64,000 nt of DNA from Mobula birostris (GCF_030028105.1 NC_092380.1:82519717-82583716), one strand, 5' to 3'. Counted from the stretch's first letter, positions 36,724 to 50,674 are shown. Notes: generated by a model not told the origin, from the letters alone. A program made the numbers and translations.

Positions 36724-37239
36724 GTAAGGCTCTAACTTGTCCGGTATGTTGACAAAAATTGATTCATCATGTTTTTATAAGTCTGTCACTAGATGGTCAA
36801 ATATGTATTGGTGAATATGAAATTAAACTTTCACTGGAAAATCTACAACCTTTGTCTCATTTGGTTGTATAAATCATTTTTTGATATTAGCATTATATTA
36901 TTGAAAAAATGCTCTTAACTATTGTAAGGGTAGAAGTTCCATTAACACTAGAGTAACAAGCAAGATCTTATTGAGGAAAGTTTGTACAAAGTTTGTGTCA
37001 TTGTGGCAATGGTGAAAATGTTACGCAAAAACCCCATGCAAAGCTCTAGCCTTTTTAATTCCTCAGTTTTTTTATTTTGCATTTTATTGTGGTACCAGTA
37101 ACTGATAATGAACAAAGTAATGCAAATTGGAAAATATATTTCTCCTGTAATATCTTCTGTCATATTTGTTAACATCCCAGAGCTGTTGTTTCTTTCCGCA
37201 CCTAGTAGCATATTAGGGGGCAACCTTGCTGTTTCTTTA

Positions 37240-37380
37240 GCATTTGTCTGTTTATCACGATGCTGAGTTGCTAGTTCGACGCTCGACCCAGCACGGATGG
37301 AAAGCATGCAAGGAGCCGAATAGTTTCGAATCCGGGACCATTCATCTCAAGTCCGGTGTGGATGCCACTGAACCACCAGC
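37240..37380 (-). mobile_element. Short tRNA-derived SINE
   Basis: Minus strand has an A-box-like TGGTTCAGTGG and a B-box-like GGATTCGAAAC; no complete cloverleaf seen. Confidence 0.55.
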
Positions 37381-37578
37381 TCCCAGATTTCAGCTTTTCC
37401 TAATTCAGATGAAGGATCATTGATTTGAAAGTTTAATTCTTTTTGTTTCTGCAGTTGCTACTTGAAGTGCTGATGTTTTCAGCATTGTCAGAATTTATTT
37501 CAGAGTTCTAGCAGGTGCTGTTATTTTGTTTTTTTTAATTGTTAGTAAATATTCTTTGTTCTGCCCTTTGTTCGACAG

Positions 37579-37728
37579 GTGACCTGTTACAATGAATTGG
37601 AGCTTCTTATCCATCCAGATGGCATAATACCTGTGCTGACATTCCTGCGAGATCATACCAATGCTCAATTTAAGTCACTTGCTGATGAAACAGCCGTGGA
37701 TGTCCCTACCCGTCCATTTAGATTTGAG
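37579..37728 (+). CDS. NDUFS3: NDUFS3 coding exon 4
   Basis: GACAG|[50 protein letters not shown]|GTAATG; 150 nt. Confidence 0.97.
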
Positions 37729-38189
37729 GTAATGTGATATCCAGTCATGGTTTGGGGAACTGATATGAAAATGCAATTTAGTTTTAAAGTATTACATATA
37801 TAGCAGCTTTCAAATTGTACACCTTTTGTTATAAGGATTTCAATTTACTTTGCAATTATTGCATATTATCATTGTTTGCTACAGTAATAAATATATTGAA
37901 CACGAATCATATATTATCTGTAAGTGCTGAAGTTATAATGTAATGCCATATATGTCTTTGGTCCTGAATTTAACTTAATCAATTGAGTTTAATGGAGCCA
38001 AATGTTTAAGAGAAAACTAACTTGTCTGAGTTACAATATTACTTGTGTAGGCATAGGCTGTCTGCCAGGTTAATACATTATGTTCCCTTAGAGAGGTTTA
38101 TTAGTTTCGGTTCCCAGATGCCCTGATGTGTATGCAAGTACAAACGTTTGTACTTATATATCCTGTCCCTTAGAATATCCAGATATTCT

Positions 38190-39140
38190 GAAGCACGGGA
38201 TACATAAATATTTGGGTAGACAGGGCCTCATTGTCAGCATGAGGTAGCGTATGCTTTGTCATGTATAACTAATCGTAGTGTTTTTTTGAGGAGGTTACCA
38301 AGAAGGTTAATGAAAGAAAGACAGTGGCTGTTGTCTACATGGATTTTACCACGACCTTTGACAAAGTCCCTAATAGGAGGCTGGTCCAAAAATTTTAAGT
38401 TGCTTGGCATTCAGGATGAAGTATCCAATTGGATCCAACATGGCTTAGCGGGAGAAGATAGGGAGTGGCATTAGTTGGTTCTCTCTCTGACTGAAGGTCT
38501 GTGACTTATGTTGTACCGCATGGATTGGTGCTACATCTGTTGTTATTTATCATCTATATTAATGACTTGGATGATAATGTGGTAAACTAGTTCAAGAAAT
38601 TGCAGATGATGCCAAGATTGGCGGCGCAGTGAACAGCGAGTAAGACTTTCAAAAGTTGCTGCAGGATGATCTCGACTAGCTGGGAAAATGGGCTGAAAAA
38701 TGGCAATTGGAATTTAGTGTGAGTTTGCATTGAGGGAGGACAACCCAGGGTAAGACTTGCACAGTGAATGGTAGGGCTCTGAGGTATGCTATAGAACAAA
38801 GGGATCTGGGAATAAAGAACCATAATTCCTTAAAAGAGGGCTCTAAAAAGAGCGTTTAGCACACTGGCCTTCATAAATCAGGGAACTGTATTCAGGAATT
38901 TGGATGCTATATCTGTTTGCAGTTCTGGTCACCTATCTACAGGAAATATCAATAAAGAGTGCAGAGAAAATTTACGGAGATATTACTGGGACTTGAGGAC
39001 AAGAGTCATAGGGAAAGATTGAATAGATTGGGACTTTATTCCCTGGAGTACAGAGGAATGAGCAGAAGTCTTATAATAATATACTAAATTATGAGGGGTG
39101 ATGTAAGCAAGCTTTTTCCCCTCAGGTTGACTGAGACTAG
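38190..39140 (+). mobile_element. Decayed CR1 RT fragment
   Basis: Degenerate VYMDF...FDKVP, FIIYINDLD and LNRLGLYSLE motifs. Confidence 0.75.
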
Positions 39141-40470
39141 AAGTATTGGTCACAATACTGTACTGTACCAAAATACCTGTAATGTATTTGGCTTTGATTA
39201 TTTTTCTTGATTTATGAAATTTCACTTAAAACAATTTCCAGGAAGCAATCATTTTGTAAAGCAATATGACAATCGTCCATCTGGCAAACCATTTTGAGAG
39301 TTGAGGTTTACCAGTAGGTTTTCTGTCCTCACTGTAGCAGGGAAACTGTCATTCTCTGTCATGTCAAGATAGTTCTGGCAAAAAGAGCAGAGCAGATCAG
39401 TGTGATTTAAAGGCAATGTATGTAGCTTAGCAGTGTGAAGTGAGACACAGAGGAGGTGACTATCCATTTAAGGCATTGTGATTGCCCATGCATTCTCTGG
39501 CTGTGATAATTCTTCATCCCAAAAGAATCAGGCTTCCACAGTGAAGAGAGAATGGGGCTGCAGTTGTGGAGTTCTTCCACTCAGTTCTTCCCATACCAGC
39601 TTTTTTTTTCCAAATCTAATTCCATTATTCCATTACCTGTCCACTTTTCCAACTCCTTTTACGTTGTGGTTGTTCTGAAGTGGTAGTTGGAGATGACCAT
39701 CGTAATCAAAGTCATGATCCTGTGCAAAGGCAATCTTGGGACTTGTGCTTAAGAGGGAGCAGAAAGGTTTGGCAGTGTCTAGTTGATTGAATGGTCTTTA
39801 CTAAGAAAGTTTGCTTTGTCCTTTTTAAACATCTAGCCAGAAAAATACAGACTGTATAACATTACTGTGGTTGCAAAACAATAATGGGCGGAAAAAAAAC
39901 ATCCATTCTAAAAATCTAGATGTTTGGAACTTTATGGTAAGAGATAGGAAAATTGTCTGAGTTTGATACTGTGGCACTATTGAGATTAGACTTGCCAGAA
40001 ATGGTTCTGTCAATGAGCTAGGTGGTGAAGTTTCTTCTAGTAAAATGAAGGAGAAATCATTGATAAGATGCACGCAGTGGATCTGCAATCTGAATATTTG
40101 GGTTTCCTGTTGGTCGATATAGAAGTCTTATAAAGCTTGGGCTTGTCTCCTTGGTTTGTGCTGGGAGACCTATGCTGATGAGCATGAAGCAAAATTCTAC
40201 TTTTACCTGGACTCCTATCTTCTGGGAGGCATCATTAGAAGAAAAACCTATTGATGCCTTTCTCCTGGAAGACATCAATGGCAGAATTAGTAATCTCACC
40301 AGGGCTGTAGAGTTAAAGTACGACCTCCCTACTGAACTCCCTGTCACCACACAGGTCTCATCATGTATGAAGCACTATTGGCATTATACTGTTTATTTTT
40401 TAACTTGTATATGCACCTGATTATTTGTTAATTTATTTGTGGTAATATTATTTTATGTGCTGTGTGAGTT

Positions 40471-42373
40471 CACAGGCAAAGTGACATTTCCGGCCTAAAA
40501 TTGAATCAATGAAGGATGCTACACAGTTGTGGCAGGGCTTGAACACTATCATCTCTTATAAAGTTAAATCAAGTAATGTAGGTGATGGCAGGGCTTCACT
40601 TCCAGATGAGCTCAATGTCTTCTATGTTCACTTTGACCTTGAAAACATGGAGGAACCATCACAAACTACCACAGCCCTCTATGATCCTGTGATTTCAGTC
40701 TCTGAGGCTGATGTGTGAGCACCCTTCAGGAGGGTGAACCCACAAAAAGCATCCAGCACAGACGGGGTACCTGGCCAAGTAATAAAGACCTGTGCTTAGC
40801 TAATGGCTAGAGTGTTCACTGAGATCTTTAACCTCTTGCTTTGGCAGTCTGAGGTACTCACCTGCTTCAAGCAGGCTTCAATTATACCGGTGCCTAAGAA
40901 GAATGTGGTGACCTGCCTCAATGACTATTGTCCAGTAGCACTTGAATCCACAGTGATGAAGTGTTTTTAGAGGTTGGTAATGAAACATCTCAACTCCTAC
41001 TGGAGAAGTGACATTAGATCCACTCTTAATTTGCCTACCGGAGCAACACATTCACCGTGGATGCCATCTCATTGACTCTTCCCTCAACCTTGAAACATCT
41101 GGACAGCAAAGATACAACATCAGGATGCTCTTTATTGACTACAGCTCAGCACCTAATGCCATCATCCGCTCAAAACTAATCAATGAGCTTCAAGATTTTG
41201 GCTTCAGTACCTCCTTGTGCGATTGGATCCTCGATTTCCTCACTTGCAGACCCTAGTCAATTCAGATTGGCCACGATCTCCATCAACGCAGGTGCACCAC
41301 AAGGTTGTGTGCTTAGCCCCCGCTCGACTCGCTTTACACTTATGACAGTGTGGATAAGCACAGCTCCAACAGCATATTCAAGTTTGCTGATGACACCACT
41401 GTTGTAGGCAGATTCAAAGGTGGTGATGAATCGGCAGATAGGAGGAAGATTGAAAATCTGGATGAGTGTCATAGCAACAACCTCTTACTCAATGTCGGCA
41501 AGACCAAGGAGCTGAATAATGACGTCAGGAGATGAAAACCAGAGAGATCCATGAGCCGGTTCTCATTGGAGCATCAGAGGTGGAGAAGTTCATCAACTTT
41601 CAATTCCTTGGTGTTATTATTTCGGAGGACCTGCCTTGGGCCCAGCATGTAAGTGCAATTGCAAAGAAAGCATGGCAGTGCCTCTACTTCTGTAGGAGCT
41701 TGCAGAGATTTGGGTTGACATCGAAAACTTCGACAAACGTGTATAGATGTGTGGTGTAGAGTAAACTGACTGGCTGCATCATAGCCTGGTATGGAAACAC
41801 CAATGCCTTTAAACAGAAAATCCTACAAAAAGTAGTAGAAATGACCCAGTCCTTGACAGGTAAAGTCCTCCCAACCATGTATGTAAAATGCTGTTGCAGG
41901 AAAGCAGCATCTATAATCAGGACCCCCCATCACCCAGTACATGCTCTCTTCTCATTGTTGCAATCAGGAAGAAGATACAAAAGCCTCAGGACTCTCACCA
42001 TCAGGTTCGGGAACAGTTACTACCCCTCAACCATCAGGCTCTTGAAGCAAAGGGGATAACTTCACCCAACTTCACTAGGTCCATCATTGATATGTTCCCA
42101 CCACCAATGGGGTCACTTTTAAGCACTCTTCACCTCATATTCTCAATATTTATTGCTTATTTATTTATTTTTATTAGTATTTCTTTCTTTTTGCATTTGC
42201 ACGGTTTGTTTTCTGCACTCTGGTTGAACGCCCAAGTTGGTCGGTCTTTTTATTGATTTGGTTGTGGTTATTATTCTGTAGATTAACTAAGTATACCCAC
42301 AAGAAAATGAATCTCGGGGTTGTATATCGTGACGTACATGTATTTTGATAATAAATTTACCTTGACTTTTGAC
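40471..42373 (+). mobile_element. 5'-truncated Rex1/Babar-like LINE inserted into the 3' UTR of an older retroposon (40270-40470 and 42374-42475)
   Basis: [28 protein letters not shown] and FKFADDTT motifs; tail AATAAATTTACCTTGACTTTTGAC; imperfect TSD TGAGTT/TGAATT. Confidence 0.85.
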
Positions 42374-42489
42374 TGAATTATATGTACTGTTGTTTACCTT
42401 GGTCCGGAAGAATGTTGTTTTGTTTGGTGGTATACATATGTACAGTTAAATGACAAAAAGAACAAACTTGAACTCAAATCCTTATGCAA

Positions 42490-45400
42490 TGAAGTTTAAT
42501 GAAATCGAGCCCAAGGCTCGGCTGGAGCGGAGGCGCCCACAACCATGACTTGGCTTACGGACTTGTTTCCGTGTCTGCTTCGGGGCCCGACCCAATCGAC
42601 AGCCAGGGTCCCCGGCAGCTGGAAGTGGCAGCGGACCCTCTCCTGTCACTCGGCCCGACCTGGAGCGCACGATGACACGACCCGCCGATTGATCCCCGCG
42701 GGATGCGTCCACCAACCTCAAAGAGCTGGCAACAGTACACTGCATCAATGGAAACCTGGAAAGATGCACTATTTATCGAGGAAATGTGGGAAAAGAGCTG
42801 GGCTGCTGGTAAGATTGAAGCTGAGGAGCTTCAGGGTCCCTATGCCCACCATCCTACTAGCTAATGTGCAAGCCATCGAGAACAAGGTGGATGATCTTAA
42901 AGGGAAACTCACCCACTGCAGGGAGATGCAGAACTGCTGTGTTTTCTGTTTCACTGAGACCTGGCTCTCCCTGCCACCCCTGACTGTGCCATCCGGCCGG
43001 AGGGATTTTCGATCCATCGGATGGACCGCACAGCGTCTTCGGGCAAGACAAGGGGAGGTGGTGTCTGCCTACTGATCAACACTGCGTAGTGCTCGGACAC
43101 AGTGGCACTGACAAGCTCCTGCAGCCCAGATCCGGAACACCTGTCGGTGAAGTGTTGTCTCTACTATCTGCCACGAGAATTCACCTCGGTCATACTGACA
43201 GCGGTCTACATTCCCCCCCAGGCAGACGTGGAGTGTGCTCTGAACATACTGTATGCCAACATCAGTGAACTTGAGACCAGGTATCCGGAGGCTTTGCTCA
43301 TTACAGCCGGGGACTTTAACCAGGCCAACCTTAGAAAGGCGCTGCCAAAGTTATACCAACATGTCTCCTGCCCCACTAGAGGCCCGAATATACTTGACCA
43401 CTGCTACACAGCAGTCAAGGATGCCTACCGTTCCGTCCCACGACCCCACTTCGGAAAATCGGACAATCAGGCCGTACTCCTCCTCCCGGCTTACAAACAG
43501 AAACTGAAGCGGGAGGTCACCGTGTCAAAAGTAGTGTCGCGTTGGACAGAGGAAATGGATGAGGTCCTCCGTGACTGCTTTGAATCGGTGGACTGGTATT
43601 CAAGGACTCGGCAGCTAACCTCGATGAGTATGCCTCAGCTGTCACGGACTTTATTTGGAAATGCACGGAGGACTGTGTGTCTCGCAAGATGATCCGGGTA
43701 TTCCCTAACTGGAAACCTTGGATGAATTATGAGGTCAAGTCCCTTTTAAAGGCTAGAGCTGTGGCTTTTCGGTCCCGGGATACCAGTCGCTACACAGAAT
43801 CCAGGCGTGAACTCTGGAAAGCCATGAAGGACGCCAAGAGGCAATATCGAGCCAAGTTGGAAGCCCAGGCTAACCAGAGGGATGCCAGTAGACTGTGGCA
43901 GGGTCTAAATGAGATCACTGGGCGCAAAGAAAAGGCTGGGAATATCAATAACTGTGGCGCTTCTCTTCCTGACGAACTTAATGTACTCTATGCAAGATTC
44001 GAACAGAAGAGGAGTGTCCTGCTCCCTCCGGATGAACCGGACCTGGTGGCATCGAGATTCATCGTCACCGAGGAGGACATTAGAAGGGCCTTCCTGAAGA
44101 TAAATCCAAGGAAGGTGACAGGCCCAGATGGCATCCCGGGATGGGTTCTCTGGGCCTGTGCAAGTGAGCTAGCTGGAGTGTTTGCTGACATCTTCAACTG
44201 CTTCTTGCTTCAGTCTAAGATCCCCTCGTGTTTTAAGAAGGCAACGATAATCCCAGTGCCGAGGAAGAGCAAGGTGGCATGCCTGAATGACTATCGACCT
44301 GTGGCTCTGACATCAATTGCTATGAAGTGCTTCGAGCGATTGGTTATGGCACACATCAACCACAGCCTACTGGTCAACCTCGACACTTTGCAATTCGCCT
44401 ACCGGAGCAACAGGTCAACAGCAGATGTCATCTCTCTGGCCCTACTTTCCTCCTTCGAACGCCTGGAGAATAAAGATGCATATGTAAGGCTCCTTTTCAT
44501 TGACTACAGCTCTGCCTTTAATACCATAATTCCAAATAAACTGATTCCTAAGCTCCGGAACCTGGGCCTTAGCACTCAGATCTACAGCTGGATCTTCAAC
44601 TTCCTCACAGACAGGACCCAGGCTGTAAAAATAGGGGACAAGCTCTCCTCTACAATCACTCTGAGCACTGGTGCCCCACAAGGCTGTGTACTCAGCCCCC
44701 TGCTGTACTCACTGTACACCCATGATTGTGTAGCCAAGTTTCCATTGAATTCAATATATAAGTTTGCTGATGACACAATAATTGTAGACCGTATCTCGGG
44801 TAATGATGAGTTTGAGTACAGAGAGGAAACTAAGAACCTGGTGGCATGGTGTGAAGACAATAACCTATCCCTCAACGTCAGCAAGACGAAGGAATTGGTT
44901 GTTGACTTCAGAAGGAGTAGCGGACCGCACGACCCAATTTACATCGGTGGTGCGCAAGTGGAACAGGTCAAAAGCTTAAGTTCCTCTGGGTCAATATCAC
45001 AAATGACCTGACTTGGTCCAACCAATCACTGCCAAGAAGGCCCACCAGCGCCTTTACTTCCTGAGGAAACTAAAGAAATTTGGCCTGTCCCCTAAAACCC
45101 TCACTAATTTTTATAGATGCACCGTAGAAAGCATTCTTCTAGGGTGCATCATAACCTGGTATGGAAGTTGTCCTGTCCAAGACTGGAAGAAGCTGCAGAA
45201 TATTGTGAACACGGCGCAGCACATCACACAAACCAATCTTCCGTCCTTGGACTCACTTTACACCACACGTTGTCGGAGCAGTGCTGCCAAGATAATCATG
45301 GACACGACCCACCCAGCCAACACACTTTTCGTCCCTCTTCCTTCCGGGAGAAGGCTCAGGAGCTTGAAGACTCGTATGGCCAGATTTGGGAACAGTTTCT

Positions 45401-45655
45401 TTCCAACTGTGATAGGACTGCTGAACGGATCCTGACCCAGATCTGGGCCTTACCCTCCAAATATCCGGACCTGCCTCTCGATTTTTTTGCACTACCTTAC
45501 TTTCCATTTTTCTATTTTCTATTTATGATTTATAATTTAAATTTTTAATATTTACTATCGATTTGTAATTTAGGGAGCGGGAAGCACAGAATCAAATATC
45601 GCTGTGATGATTGTACACTCTAGTATCAATTGTTTGGCGACAATAAAGTATAATG
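42490..45655 (+). mobile_element. Near full-length Rex1/Babar-clade LINE (APE endonuclease plus RT) with a few frameshifts and stops
   Basis: ORFs 42545-43075 (LLANVQAIENK..CFTETWL), 43102-43692 (AVYIPP, AGDFN, LDHCY), 43677-45011 ([28 protein letters not shown]) and 45013-45435; ends AATAAAGTATAATGTAT. Confidence 0.93.
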
Positions 45656-46487
45656 TATCATTTGCCATTGTAATTGCTTTCTATATCTGCATATTAACTT
45701 TCAGTGGCTCATGAACAATGTTATTCAGTTCTCTCTTAACATTTAGAGCTTTTAAACTTGCACTGTTTTACTTGTCAAAATGGATTACTTACAATATTTT
45801 GCCTTGTATATCATCTTCCATTCACTTATAATGTCTCTATTTACCTGAAAGCTCTCCGCATTGTTCTGTTACTACTTTCTTCAGTTTTGAAAGAACTATC
45901 CACGCAATGCTCTAAGGGCAAGCTAGAAAGCAAATGGCACAGGTCTTACGATCTTGACCAGATCAACCTCCAATGCTCCTGAATGAAATTGAGAAAGTTG
46001 TCTCCAAAATGCTTGTGAAAGGCCTCAAGGTTAAAATAGAGTTGTGCACTTAGTTACAGATTAAGTTTATGACAGCATCATCATCGATGAGATACCAAGA
46101 AGACTTGTATTGCCAAATACATTGCGGATGGACTTCTTTCTTTATTAAAAGGTGGCGTAAACGCTGTGCTTTTAATATTGCTGCTATTTGGTTAGAGAAT
46201 GATGCTCAAAGAAAATTAATGTATCTTGTTTTGAATATTTTTCTATGCATCACTTGCTTTTCATGCTCAAAAAAATCACAGGGTTAACCATTAACAAAAA
46301 CCTTGAAAGCAAAATACAAACTGTTGCTTGGCTCCATGCCGACAGTAAAAAATAAAGAATATACAATAATGTATTGCATGGTTTTAGAAGGGTAGACAAA
46401 TTATGAAAGAGTTATGCTGTTGTGTTTCAAAGTGTTCTGATTAGTGGTCAGAATTTAATTTGAATATATTTATTTCTTTTCCAACAG

Positions 46488-46613
46488 ATTGTATACAACC
46501 TGCTTTCTCTGCAGTTTAACTCTCGTATTCGTGTGAAGACTTACACTGATGAATTGACGCCCCTGGATTCCTTAGTACCTGTGTTCCAAGCTGCAAACTG
46601 GTATGAGAGAGAG
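46488..46613 (+). CDS. NDUFS3: NDUFS3 coding exon 5
   Basis: CAACAG|[42 protein letters not shown]|GTGAGC; 126 nt. Confidence 0.97.
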
Positions 46614-46799
46614 GTGAGCTGAAGGAATTCAATGGAATTGTTTTTTCCTGTTCTGAGAAAGGGTCATTGATGTGCAATGTTGATATTTTTTCTCTCTTTG
46701 TGATGCTGGCTGAACTGAGTTCTTACAGTAATATCTACTTTTGGTCCCTTTGAATAAAAGTTAATCTCTTGGGAAAACCAAGACGACTGCAATCTTTTT

Positions 46800-47810
46800 G
46801 CATCATACACTGGGGTGCTCTCTTCAGTAACCTCATGAGGTAACCATACCCTTTGGCCAGGAGCAGATATTGTCAGGTGGTGCCCAACCTTCCTAGGGTG
46901 TTTCGACCCTTAACCCCTACACTATACAAGTGGTGGTTCAGCAGTGGTGGCCAAGTCACTGCCCATCTGCTCCTGAATTCCAGCTCAACTCCTCTTGTCT
47001 GGTCCATATCCAGCAAAAGGCTCTTTCTGCTTCTTCCCTCATCCTGTGAGCTGCTTGGTTCTTGCTCTTTTCATCAAGGCCCAGCGCAGAGAGCAGTCTC
47101 CATGCCAACCTTGCCTGGAACCCTCTACATCTGATCTCCATGAGGAATAACCAAGTCTGCCATCCTTTATCCCTGCACTCCTGGACTAAGGATTGGTGCT
47201 TCAGAGCCTTCCTCTCATGAGCTTCCTTGCATCCTTCCCCCATGGTATTGTGAGCTCCACCAGGATGATTTTCTTGTCTTCAGTAGACCACAGTATGATG
47301 TCTGGTTGAAGTGTGGTTTACACCACCTCGGGGAACTGCAGCTTCCTCCCTGCATCGACCCTCATCTCCCATGATTTGGCAGTTTGCAGCAGATTGGATG
47401 TAGGCCTCTTTGATATGACTGGCGTGGCCCTCTCCTTGATGAAAGTGACTGCCCTGTTTGCCTCTCTGCCAGCTGGTCTCTTCTTATACCTCTCCCACTC
47501 CAGTGTGTTCAGCAGGGGACAGCAGGACCTTGTCATGGTGCCACCTATACTGTCCTTGTGTTAAAGCTGTTTTGCATCCTGACGATATGTGTGCCAGTGA
47601 ACCCTGCTGACCAGAAAGCTTGCAGATAGGGTCCCCCCAAGCCCCCATGTGGGCAGCTGTGATGCTGTAGGGGGAGAGTCATGCATAGACCGCAGGAGGA
47701 AAGCAATGCGGAAGGGCTTCCAGTCTCCAAAGCTCTGGACAAGTGATCTTGTGCTTGGGAAGATCGCATTTTGTCTAGGCGCTCTGTGATTACTGCCTTT
47801 GATACCGCCA
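46800..47810 (-). mobile_element. 3' part of a restriction-like-endonuclease non-LTR retrotransposon (HERO-like, R2 group)
   Basis: Minus-strand zinc-knuckle remnant CKL..QQGSLAHISSGC, then YRWHHDKVL, LQPDIILWS...LVELTIPW...AHERKALK and GWQTWLF..EIRCRGF. Confidence 0.8.
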
Positions 47811-48039
47811 TAATGTAGTTCTAAGGAGTGATGAGATAATTGAACTAAGAGTAGAACAATATTAGATATTATGATGTCCTAATCTTAGCAAAAGTGAATT
47901 AAGTTTTGTACATTTAATCAAGTATGGAAACGAGACTTCAATTATCTAGTCTGAAAACTACAATAACTAAAGGGAACCTTTTTACCAGGTGTCTCTAGAT
48001 ATGCGGCTCATTAGCCCCTTGCTAACGGCCACTGGACTC

Positions 48040-48792
48040 AATGGTGACAGAAACGCCTTTCTTAAACTCCATACATCTAGGGTCGGTAATGACTTGGGTC
48101 CCACCAAAACTGGGTAATTGAGATGATCTGTGCAGATACTGCGTAAATACTACCCCCATGGCAATTAGCTGTTGAGAATAAATAACAGATTGTACACTGC
48201 ATACAATTATAAAGAAAGTATATTCACAAATGTCAGCTTTATCAAACAGTTAGTAGGGAAAAGAAAGGGAAAAAGATAGAAAGGGCCCATTACAGTTCAT
48301 CCAGTCCAAATATGCACATAAGTTGGAGCTCACCTTGAAGTTGTCTTTAACTCGTGCGCTGGACCCACGGTCTGTGTGAAAGCACACTCCACCTTCTGAA
48401 TGTCGTTTGAAATCTATCTTGGACAAATGGGCTCCCCCATGGGAGTATTGGTCCTTCCTTCTTTGAAGCCATTCATCTGCACAAATCACATTGTGCAATA
48501 GGGACAACATCCTCAGCCGTCTTCCCTCTTATCTTCTCCCAGCTCCTGCCAAAAAGACCTCAACCCACACCAGTGTCTGACACAGAAAGCACTCTGCCCA
48601 GCATTCTCTAGAACTTTCTCCCAATTCCACCATCCTGATTGGATGACACTACATTCCTAAGGATGAACATCACAACCCCTTAACTTTAGCTTAAACCCAA
48701 ACCTGCTGAAAGCAGAACAGACTGCTCTTACAGAACAGCTAAAATGAAATACCTACAGCATAGCAGTAAAAAATCTTAACCAGGCTGTTACA
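48040..48792 (-). mobile_element. Possible solo LTR
   Basis: The minus strand begins TGTAACA and the segment differs in composition from its flanks; no TSD or primer-binding site confirmed. Confidence 0.3.
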
Positions 48793-48829
48793 AAAGTAGG
48801 CTCCATACTGTTTGGCACCACTTCTTTTC

Positions 48830-49420
48830 AATTCATACTGTATGCCAATGCTTAGGATGTTGGAATTGATGACTTTGTGGCCAATTTTGCAGATGATATA
48901 AAGATAGGTAAAGGGGCAGGTAGTTTTGAGGAAGCAGGGAGACTGCAGAACAATTTAGACAGATTAGGAGAATGAGCAAAGAAGTGGCAGATGGAATGCA
49001 GTGTAAGGATGGATGTGGATGTGTACTTTGGTAGATGAAGTAAAGGTGTAGACTATTTTCTAAATGGAGAGCAGATTCAGAAATCGAGGTAGAAAGAGAT
49101 TTGGAAATCCTCGTGGAGAATTCCCTAAAGGTTAATTTGCAGGTTGAGTCAGTGGTAAGGAAGGCAAATGCAATGTTAGTATTCATATAGAGAGGGCTAG
49201 AATATAACAGTAAGAATGTAATGCATTATAAGGCATTGGTCAGACTGCAGTTGGAGTATTGTGAGTAGCTTTGGGCTTCTTATCTAAGAAAGGATGTGCT
49301 GGTACTGGAGAGAGTCCAGATGAGGTTCACAAGAATGATTCCAGGAATGAAAGCGTTACTGTATAAGGTGAGGTTGATGGCTCTGGGCCTCTAATCACTG
49401 AAGTTTAGAAGAATGAGAAG
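48830..49420 (+). mobile_element. CR1 RT fragment
   Basis: VANFADD, RLQLEYC and ERVQMRFTRMIPGM remnants. Confidence 0.8.
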
Positions 49421-50046
49421 TGACAAAAAATGCTACCCAAAACATTTACGTTTTTTTAGATCCTAATGAAGCACTTTGTATGGCCAGTAATTTGCATGCA
49501 TTCTGAAGTTGGATGACTGGGTTATTAATTTGGTGGAAGGAGGTTGCTTGTGGATGTCAGCTGGCTATAGATGGATGAACGTTTTAAGATTTAATTTGAA
49601 GGATGGGGCCAGCTGTAGTAGTGTACAAGTTTTGTTGGCTCTTTGTTGTCTGGAAAGAGCAGGTTCAATCAACTGAGTGATTTTTTTCTCCATTAATATT
49701 TCTAATTTTAAGTGAGAAATTAGAATTAATGTTGTTGAATCACATTAACTGTTATACAATTCTTATTTTCCAAATGTAGCCATGCAATATAATAATTAGG
49801 TTTAAGGCAACCATTCTGTGCTTTTGGATACAAGCTGAAACATAGGGCACTATTGTGATAAATATCTTGATTTAATCTAAACCATAACATTTAGTCCTGT
49901 GACATTTAAGCAATGTATTTAATTTAGCTTAAAATTTTATCCCCAAAATAATTTTGTATCTTACAGGATAGATGAACAAATGAATTATGTCTTTCATTTA
50001 TGGTATATCTTGCATCTATCAAATTTATAATTTAAATTTCTGTTAA

Positions 50047-50211
<165 letters not shown>

Positions 50212-50400
50212 TAATATTTGATCTCTTCAGAAGTGTAGATTATTTCTATTTATATTTCCTTCATGCTGCCCTTGAATTATCAGAAAAAATATTGGAGTGA
50301 AAATCTGCAGCAAATGTACTTCAGAAATTTGCAACATTATATTAAGCACAAATATTTATTGTTCTAGTCCATGAATATAACCACAGATGTTCCCTTCTAG

Positions 50401-50568
50401 GTACGTTATGATGATGAGGTGAAACGTGTGGTTGCTGAGCCTGTTGAATTTGCCCAGGAATTCCGAAAATTTGACCTCAATAGCCCGTGGGAAGTTTTCC
50501 CAGCACACCGTAAACCAGTTGAGCTACCAAAACTTGATGCAGGAGAGACAAAACCTGAGACTAAGTGA
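50401..50568 (+). CDS. NDUFS3: NDUFS3 coding exon 7 (to stop)
   Basis: TTCTAG|[58 protein letters not shown]. Confidence 0.97.
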   Translation, partial: VRYDDEVKRVVAEPVEFAQEFRKFDLNSPWEVFPAHRKPVELPKLDAGETKPETK

Positions 50569-50674
50569 ACAGAGACAGCTACATCTTTGGGAAAGCTCTG
50601 AGCAATATCACTTTTCATGTGGACCTAAGTAGCTGTTTTCTGTAATGCCTGATGGTTTCTGTGATATTTATGTA

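Noticed and set aside
37240-37380. Possible tRNA gene
   Set aside because: A and B boxes are present, but there is no convincing acceptor or anticodon stem; treated as a SINE head.
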